A stretch of DNA of 64,000 nt from Eledone cirrhosa (taxonomy: Eukaryota), in assembly GCA_964016885.1 (NCBI GenBank), contig OZ024759.1, positions 20,088,001 through 20,152,000 of the forward strand, written 5' to 3'. A program made the position numbers and the translations under genes. The notes beneath the pieces were generated by a model. The model was not told where the DNA came from and ran no database searches. It worked only from the letters and a program-made list of their open reading frames with translations. Every line of letters begins with the position of its first letter. Position 1 is the stretch's first letter. Below, one piece after another: positions 54,194 to 64,000 of this stretch.

Positions 54194-54553
54194 TATCTAT
54201 CTATCCATATACACATTTGTGTGTGTGACTTTCTCATATTACTCACACTAACAATATCTGAAGGTTATATGCATGTATACACACACATCAGCACACACAC
54301 ACACATATATATATATATAATGTGTGTGTGTGTATATATATATAGAGAGAGAGATAGATAGATATATGAGTGTGTGTGGGGGGGGGGGCATATTTATATG
54401 TATGTATTTATATGGGGGGAGTGTGTATGCATATATATTCTTTTATTCTTTTACTAGTTTCAGTCATTAGACTGCAGCCATGCCTAGAAATACATAGGAT
54501 TGTTTGTGTATTCATGTCTGTGTATATATATACATATATACATATATATATAC

Positions 54554-54584
<31 letters not shown>

Positions 54585-54585
<1 letters not shown>

Positions 54586-55355
54586 TTGTGGCAGTTTATA
54601 TGTGTGTGTGTGTATTTTACTGACTGCATATGTATGTGTGTGTTTGTGTATTTGTGTGTATATATATATATTTGTGTCATTCTCTGTGTGTGTGTGTATT
54701 TTACTGACTGCATATGTATGTGTGTGTTTGTGTGTATGTGTGTATATATATATATATATTTGTGTCAGTCTCTGTGTGTGTGTGTATTTTACTGACTGCA
54801 TATGTATGTGTGTGTTTGTGTATTTGCGTGTGTATATATATATATATTTGTGTCATTCTCTGTGTGTGTGTGTATTTTACTGACTGCATATGTATGTATG
54901 TGTGTTTGTGTGTATATATATATATATATTTGTGTCAGTCTCTGTGTGTGTGTGTATTTTACTGACTGCATATGTATGTATGTGTGTTTGTGTATTTGTG
55001 TGTATATATATATATATATTTGTGTCATTCTCTGTGTGTGTGTATTTTACTGACTGCATATGTATGTATGTGTGTTTGTGTATTTGTGTGTATATATATA
55101 TATATATATATTTGTGTCATTCTCTGTGTGTGTGTGTATTTTACTGACTGCATATGTATGTGTGTGTTTGTGTATTTGTGTGTGTATATATATATATATA
55201 TTTGTGGCAGTCTCTATGTGTGTGTGTGTATTTTACTGACAGCATATGTATGTGTGTGTTTGTGTATTTGTGTGTATATATATATATATATTTGTGTCAG
55301 TCTCTATGTGTGTGTGTATTTTACTCACTGCATATGTATGTGTGTGTTTGTGTGT
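54585..55355. repeat. ~88 bp compound minisatellite (ttttactgactgcatatg plus TG/TA runs)
   Basis: About nine copies. Confidence 0.85.
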
Positions 55356-55558
55356 TTACTTATATAAATGCCATGTAAAAAATTTTCTGTATAGCTAAAA
55401 GCTTTTCGAAATTAGAATTAATATATATTTTATTTAAATGTTGAAAAAATTGAAAGAAGCTTTCTTATTAAGTTAATTATATACACAAGTTTGATCTTTG
55501 TGTGTATGCCTCTCTCTCTGTTAGACTCTCTCTCTCTCTCTCTTTCTGCATATATATA

Positions 55559-55593
<35 letters not shown>

Positions 55594-55652
55594 CATGCAC
55601 ACACATATACATACTTACACAGTCACACACACACATATGTATATATATATAT

Positions 55653-55689
<37 letters not shown>

Positions 55690-55770
55690 GTATATATATA
55701 TGTACATATATATATATATATGTACATATATATATATATATATATGTACATATATATATATATGTACATA

Positions 55771-55801
<31 letters not shown>

Positions 55802-55940
55802 ATATATATATATGTATATATGTATATATATATATGTATATATATATATATGTATATATGTACATATATATATATGTATATATGTACATATATATATATA
55901 TATGTATATATGTATATATATATGTATATATGTATATATG

Positions 55941-55973
<33 letters not shown>

Positions 55974-55976
55974 GTA

Positions 55977-56019
<43 letters not shown>

Positions 56020-56086
56020 ATATATATGTATATATATATGTATATATGTATATATGTATATATATATATATGTATATATATATGTA

Positions 56087-56163
<77 letters not shown>

Positions 56164-56164
56164 G

Positions 56165-56227
<63 letters not shown>

Positions 56228-56266
56228 GTATATATATATAAGTGTATATATATATGTATATATATA

Positions 56267-56315
<49 letters not shown>

Positions 56316-56494
56316 GTATATAATAAAGAATTCATATCTAGTAACATATATATACATACAGATGCATATCAATGCTAGCAAATATATAGGTTTTGTCTTA
56401 ATAACAGTGTGGTTCAATGCATGGGGTTGCAGAACAATAATATAAGAGACGTAAAATAAGAAAATTATAAAATTAACTTACTTACTAAAATGTC

Positions 56495-56576
56495 ACTTCC
56501 AACTAATTAGTTTCTGGAATGGAGTAAATATATTTTCCGAAGAAGAAATGGAGAAGCATTCCGTCGTCAGGAAAGT
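56495..56576 (-). ncRNA. Hammerhead motif with extended stem II
   Basis: Reverse complement reads ACTTTC-CTGACGA-CGGAATG..CATTCCA-GAAAC-TAATTA-GTT-GGAAGT. Confidence 0.65.
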
Positions 56577-56802
56577 CTATTCTCATGTAAGTTTCCAGGC
56601 AAAGCGAGGACTCTGGAAACTTATTAAAAATAATTCAGTGGATAGGAAATAGCAAAGCGTGGACTGAATTCCTAGCCATTGAGAAAATCCCTGCCTCTGC
56701 GTCTGTGGCAAATTCAAAAAGAATCGAACACGTGACATCGAGGTCAATCATTTTAGTAAGTAAGTTAATTTTATAATTTTCTTATTTTACGTCTCTTATA
56801 TG

Positions 56803-56835
<33 letters not shown>

Positions 56836-56844
56836 GTATATATA

Positions 56845-57200
<356 letters not shown>

Positions 57201-57572
57201 GTACAAAGTGAAACCTACAGTCAGTAGGCACCTCTTACAAAAATACACCCCCGTCCTACTATCCCCACCCCATCCACACCACTCCTTTCGATGTAAAGTT
57301 ATGTTGGTACCACAACATCCAGTCCGAAAAAAATGAGGTCGTGTAGGTGTTACGACAAAAACACACAGTCCACGCTGTAATGTGGCCGTGTAGGTAACAT
57401 GGTAAATACCTCCCAGTTCACACTGTAAACGTGGTTGGTGTTAGGAATGGCATCCAGCCGTAGAAAACCCGCCAGACAGTCCTATACGAGCAAGACAACC
57501 ACTCTTGCCTCAAGTGGGAAATTCCCGTCCAAACCCATGCAAGCGTGGAAGATGGATGTTAAACAATGATGA

Positions 57573-57618
<46 letters not shown>

Positions 57619-57819
57619 ATATATATATATATATGTGTGTATATATATATACTTGTATATATATATATATATATTTGTATATGTATATATATATATCCTT
57701 ATATATGTATATATATATACATATATATATATATGTATATATATAACATATATATATATATGTATATATATATACATATATATATATGTATATATATATA
57801 TATATGTATATATATATAC

Positions 57820-57875
<56 letters not shown>

Positions 57876-58074
57876 GTGTAAATACATATATATGTATATA
57901 TATATATAGAAAGAGAGCGAGAGAAAATAAATGTATACATTTATATGTATGTATATTATATCCATGAGTTTGATGTTTGTGTATATGTCCCCCCCCCTCT
58001 TTTCATCTCTCTCCCTCTCCCCCTCTCTCTCTCTCTATATATATATATTATATACAAGCATGTGTGTATATGCC

Positions 58075-58394
58075 ATCATCATCATCATCATTTTACGTCT
58101 GCTTTTCCCTGCTTGCAAGGGTGGGACGGGAACTGATTCTGGCTCGATTTCTACAGCTGGATGCCCTTCCTAACACCAACCTCATTTACAGTGAGTGCTG
58201 GGTGCTTTTTTTGCTGTGGCACCTCCACGACCACTTTGCAGTGGAATGATATGGACCCCAGTCCATATCATCTCATTTCTACAGCTGAGTAAACTGGAGC
58301 AATGTGAAATAAAATGTCTTGCCCAAGGAAACAACACATCACCCGGTCTGAGAATTGAACTCACAACCTTTCGATTGCAAAGCCATGTGCCTCC
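58075..58394 (-). mobile_element. SINE family A copy
   Basis: Small deletion in head. Confidence 0.9.
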
Positions 58395-58589
58395 ACATCA
58401 TCACTATAATTATCTTAATATTAAGTTTTCTATGCATGGGTTGGATGGGTCTTCTACTCCATAGGTCTATTTCCATTTGTTGCATTCTGACACTATCTCT
58501 TGTGCGAGCTTCATTGTGTGTGTGTGTGTCAATATTATATATATTTATGTGTGGCTGTATATATATATAAATATACGTGTGTCTGTATG

Positions 58590-58622
<33 letters not shown>

Positions 58623-59019
58623 TTGTGTGGGGGGGGGTATCATAATTTCTCCATGCTTGCATGGGTTTATATATATATATATATATATAATTGTATGTAC
58701 ATATATACACATACATTTATATATAAATGTATGTATACACATATATATACACACACACACACAGATATAAACACTCATAAATGTATATTTACACATGCGC
58801 ATATAATCATACAAAACTAGAACTTCATGCATAGACATGCATATAAACACTTATATATATATATACAGTACATATATGTATATATGTGTACATATATATA
58901 TATAACAATACACACACATATATGTATGTATATGTATATATGTGTATATATATATATATACAATACACACACATATATGTATGTATATATATATATATAT
59001 ATATATTATGTCAGGTCAC

Positions 59020-59612
59020 CAGTTGGTGCTACTGGTAACATGTATCCCAGTACAACCCATGGTCGGGTCGTTGGCGACTAAACTGGCAACCCCACCAAGG
59101 TTTCTTGGTGAGGAGGGTGACTTTGGACATCCTGCATGACTAAAAACAAAACCTGTCAAAGGGCAAAGGAGCTCTTAAGAGTCGATGGCCATCCAAAATC
59201 ACCGGGAGAGATGACCCCTTAGCCTTTGTCAAGGCAGAATTCTAGGAGAAGGAAAACTCTGATATAACACCTGCAACCCTGATGGTATCCAATGATGTTG
59301 ACTTCTTCTTCTTTTTGGTAAATATCATCTTGGTTAAGAGAGTGGGACTGGCTTTGTGCAGTGCCTTTGCTCACTATAAAAGCTTCATGGCACAGACATT
59401 GCTTTATATCTGGAGATCTCTCTGCATTTGTCATCACATGGTACCATGGGCCCAGCACTATGTGTTAATAATTGTCACAAGTGTAGTGGTGTACCAGAGT
59501 TTTCAAGTCACTGGCTGGACTAAAAAGTCACACTTGTTTAGCGCATCGGTAGGGGTTCTCCTAAATGGTTATAAAGTACTGCCCATACTCGAAAACGAGT
59601 TGGTAGTCACCA
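59020..59612 (+). repeat. Second copy of the ~580 bp dispersed repeat
   Basis: Matches 13636-14220; (TA)-rich flanks. Confidence 0.75.
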
Positions 59613-59613
59613 C

Positions 59614-59658
<45 letters not shown>

Positions 59659-59664
59659 ATAAAA

Positions 59665-59716
<52 letters not shown>

Positions 59717-59734
59717 ATGATGATGATGATGATG

Positions 59735-59766
<32 letters not shown>

Positions 59767-59832
59767 GTATATATATGTATGTATATATATGTATATATAT
59801 ATGTGTGTATATATATATGTATATATTATGTG

Positions 59833-59879
<47 letters not shown>

Positions 59880-59904
59880 ATATATATATGTATATATATG
59901 TATG

Positions 59905-59937
<33 letters not shown>

Positions 59938-59938
59938 G

Positions 59939-60058
<120 letters not shown>

Positions 60059-60078
60059 CATATATATATATACAGTAC

Positions 60079-60109
<31 letters not shown>

Positions 60110-60113
60110 GTAC

Positions 60114-60144
<31 letters not shown>

Positions 60145-60777
60145 GTACATATATATGTATATATATATATATATATATATACAGTACATACATATATATA
60201 TACATATATATATACACACACATATACAGAACACACTTGTGTTGTAATGTCCTTGTTTATTGTATAGTCAGTCTTCATTTGATTGATATAATACTTTTCA
60301 TGTGTGGTTTCTGTATTTTTGATAGGAGATGTGTCCAGTGTCTTTATGATTTTATTATTTCATCACCTGCTCTATTAGCTTGATTGAATAACTCTTGTTG
60401 ATGTATATACTATTTGTTTTATTGTATGGATTGCTACATCCAGTGTTTTGTGTTTGTTGAGGAGAATCTAAATGGTTTCCTAAGTAGGGATTACACCACT
60501 GACAATGAGTATCTCTGAGAACATTCAGATAATAATTCAATATGTGAACACTAAAATGCATCAAGGTTCCCAGTCTCATCAGGTAATTGTGTGTTTCTAG
60601 CAATAAATGTAACCACGAGGTGAGACACATTTTGCTTTCATCGGGGAACATGTATAGTGTATGTATACTGATATATATATATATCTATATATATATATAT
60701 ATCAGTATACATACATATATATATATGTGTGTGTGTGTGTGTGCATGTGTGTGTATATATGTGTGTGTGTGTATATA

Positions 60778-60810
<33 letters not shown>

Positions 60811-61170
60811 ATATATGTGTGTGTGTGTATATATGTGTGTATATATGTGTGTGTGTGTATATATGTGTGTGTGTGTGTATATGAATATATATATGTGTGT
60901 GTATATATGTGTACCTATATATATATGTGTGTATGTGTGTGTGTATATATATATATGTATATATGTGTGTGTATTTATATGTATCATTATCATCACAATT
61001 TACTGTCTATTTTCCTAGCTATATATATATATATATACACACACACACATATACATGGAAATATCCATGTGTGTGTATATATGTGTATACTTGTGTGTGT
61101 GTATATATATATGTGTATATTTGTGTGCGTGTATATATACATATATATATATATGTATATTTGTGTTTTT

Positions 61171-61222
<52 letters not shown>

Positions 61223-62028
61223 AACACACACCCACACACAGACAAACACACACACACACACATATTTGCCATTTGCCAGTCTACCTGATCTTGTAACTGA
61301 CACTGGCAGATCGTAGAATTGTCAGCCAGCGTTGCGATATATCCCATTCCACGACTCAGTGTCAGCTATTTCCAATGACACGGCGCTATCAAATCTCAAC
61401 TGATCAATACCATCGCAACACAATGCTTCTTTTTTTCTTTCTTTCTTCTTTTTCTACTTACTTTCAGAAACATTTTTACAACTTCAGTTTTATTTTATTT
61501 TATTTTATTTTATTATTTTTTTTATATATATATTTTTTCTCTTACGTTTTTTTTTTTTTTTTTTGCTTTTTTTTCTTATAATCTTTTCTTTTAATCTTTT
61601 GTTTGTCTCAGTCATGAAACTGTGACCAAGCTGGGGCATCACCTTGAACAGTTTTAGTCGATGATATCAACCCCAGTTGTTGGTGGTTTTGTTGTACCAA
61701 GTCAGATTCTTGTTTTATAGATCTCGTTGTGTCAAGTCCACTAAGTTACTGGACATAAATACACTCACACACATATATATATATATATATACACACATTT
61801 ACACACACATACATTCACACACGGATATATATAATACCAACTATTGATCATAGTGATTTCTAGACATAATCAATTGCTTACTAAGCAATGAAACATATGT
61901 TAATGATTGGAATGAGACTGTATTGTATCGCTTATCTGTGTCAATCATTCATTTATTCATTATATATATATATACACATGATGATGATGTCTGCCGCCTC
62001 TTTATCGAGTATGGCCATTGCATGATAA

Positions 62029-62170
62029 AGAGTTACGGCCCTTTATGGTCTGAGTTCAAATCCCGCTGAGGTTAACTTTGCCTTTCATCCTTTCGGGATC
62101 AATAAAATAAAGTACCAGTAATGCACTGGAATAATTGCTGGCCTTGTGCCAAAAGTAGAAACAATTATTA
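62029..62170 (+). mobile_element. SINE family B copy, 5'-truncated
   Basis: Same consensus. Confidence 0.85.
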
Positions 62171-62221
62171 ATAATTATTAGTAAATGCTAGCATTCAATG
62201 CCTGTGCGTGAAGATTTTTTT

Positions 62222-62449
62222 TTAACCCTTTAAGGTTCAAACCGGCCAAAATCGGCCAGAATTCTCTACCTCTTTCTGTTGAAACTGGCTGTAACTGGCC
62301 ACTCACACTGATGTTAAGGTATTGTTCTCAAAATAAATACTTTCAAATACTTATAGTTTCGATATTATGTGAGATAATTATGCGAGGTAAAGCCTTAACC
62401 ATGAAAATATAATAGTATATGTAGAATAATGTGAATGCTAAAGGGTTAA
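62222..62449 (-). mobile_element. piggyBac-like MITE
   Basis: TTAA flanks; partial copies at ~28225-28370, ~37772-37862 and ~50930-51108. Confidence 0.85.
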
Positions 62450-62656
62450 CGTAAGGAAAGACTGTGCACTGAGCCAATCCCACTCTCTGAGCGACAGTAG
62501 CTATAACCCAAAAAGAAGAAAAGATCAATATAATCGGTAACTACTGAGCTGCAGGTTTTATGTCGGAGTTATCCCAGTTTCCTGAGTTGCCTTCTCCTAG
62601 AAGAATGCCCTGACAAAGGCTAGGGGTCCTTCACTCCCAGTGGTTTTATATATACA

Positions 62657-62959
62657 GGCACATGGCTTAGTGGTTAGAGCATTGGCCTTGCAATCGAACG
62701 GGTGATGTGTTGTTTCCTTGAGCAAGACACTTTATTTCACATTGCTCCAGCTGTAGAAATGAGATGATAGGGACTGGGGTCCTTATCATTCCACTGCAAA
62801 GTGGTCGTGGAAGTGCCACGACAAAAAAACACCCAGCACTCACTGTAAATGAGGTTGGTGTTAGGAAGGGCATCCAGCTGTAGAAATCAAGCCAGAATCA
62901 GTTCCCGTCCCACCTTTGCAAGCAGGGAAAAGTGGAGGTAAAATGATGATGATGATGAT
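62657..62959 (+). mobile_element. SINE family A copy
   Basis: B-box region deleted. Confidence 0.85.
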
Positions 62960-63117
62960 ACCATCAAGAGTAGTTGATTGGTAAAGTTATGTTAACAATT
63001 TTCTATGTGTTTCTACAATCCACAAATAGAACAAGCCCATCTATCCAAAGAGTATTCTATTAGGTAAATAAAACCAGGATATTCTATCAGTGTAAGGACA
63101 CACAGCATTTAAATAAT

Positions 63118-63538
63118 GGTTTTCTGATTTAGGCACAAAGCCAACAATCTTGAGGAAGAGAAATGTCCAATAAATCAACCCCAGTGCATTACTGGTACTT
63201 TATTTTATCAACAATGTAACAATGAAAGTCACCTCTAACCTCGGCAGGATTTGGACTCAGAACATAAAGGGCCGGAACTCTATGCTGCCTTTATTTAATA
63301 ATAATAATAACTGTTTCTACTTTTGGTACAGGCCAGCAATTACCCCAGTACATTACTGGTACTTTATTTTATCGACCCCGTAAGGATGAAAGGCAAAGTT
63401 AACCTCGGCAGGACTGAGTTCAAATCCCACCGAGGTTAACTTTGCCTTTCATCCTTACGGGGTCGATAAAATAAAGTATCAGTAATGTACTGGGGTAATT
63501 GCTGGCCTTGTGCCAAAAGTAGAAACAATTATTATTAT
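63118..63538. mobile_element. Cluster of SINE B pieces including a head-to-head inverted pair
   Basis: Minus-strand copies at ~63118-63287 and ~63300-63410; plus-strand copy at ~63414-63538. Confidence 0.85.
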
Positions 63539-63624
63539 TTAATAATAATAATAATAATAATAATCAAAGCCCCCAGTACTTACGAATATACATAAAAAAA
63601 AGCATTGCTAGGCAGTGCTTACAA

Positions 63625-64000
63625 CCCAGCTTAATCCACTATAACTCAGCCCACTATAGCCGAGCCAAGTCAAGTCTGCTACATCCTAGCCCAGCCTGTC
63701 CAGTCCATTACAGCCCAGCTCAGTCTATTAAAGTCGAGCCAAGCTAAGTCCAGTCTTCTACATCCTAGCCCAGCACTGTCCAGTCCACTACACTCCAGCT
63801 CAGTCAATTATAGCCCAGCTCAGTCCACTCCACTCCAGCTCAGTCAATTATAGCCCAGCTCAGTCCACTACACTCCAGCTCAGTCAATTATAGCCCAGCT
63901 CAGTCCACTATAGCTTAGCCAAGTCCAGTCTGCTACATCCCAGCCCAGCACTGTCCAGTCCATTACAGCCCGGCTCAGTCCATTACAACCCAGCTCAGTC
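63625..64000. repeat. Degenerate ~20/40 bp minisatellite (cccagctcagtc...)
   Basis: Runs off the window end. Confidence 0.85.

Noticed and set aside
61873-61910. Hammerhead 3' half (attgcttactaagcaat-GAAAC-ATAT-GTT)
   Set aside because: The CUGANGA half is absent, as in the similar remnant at ~39030-39052 (-).

Overview
Repeat-saturated animal DNA, inferred to be octopod cephalopod from its SINE families and extreme (TA)n/(CAT)n/(CAC)n/(GAA)n content. Nearly all ORFs in the supplied track are microsatellite artefacts. Two genuine + strand exons (5428-5532 and 35375-35558) splice in frame across a ~29.8 kb intron and resemble consecutive HEAT repeats of HEATR4, so the rest of the window is probably intronic. 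It contains two abundant tRNA-derived SINE families, RTE, CR1, R4/Dong and Tx1 LINE remnants, a non-autonomous Helitron, TTAA-flanked piggyBac-like MITEs, and several minisatellites amplified from TE fragments. The most unusual signal is about a dozen type I hammerhead-ribozyme motifs from several unrelated sequence families. They sit in short AT-rich islands within (TA)n tracts, often as head-to-head palindromes, consistent with non-coding Penelope-like/retrozyme elements. All calls are by eye; no search or folding program was run, and repeat boundaries are approximate.
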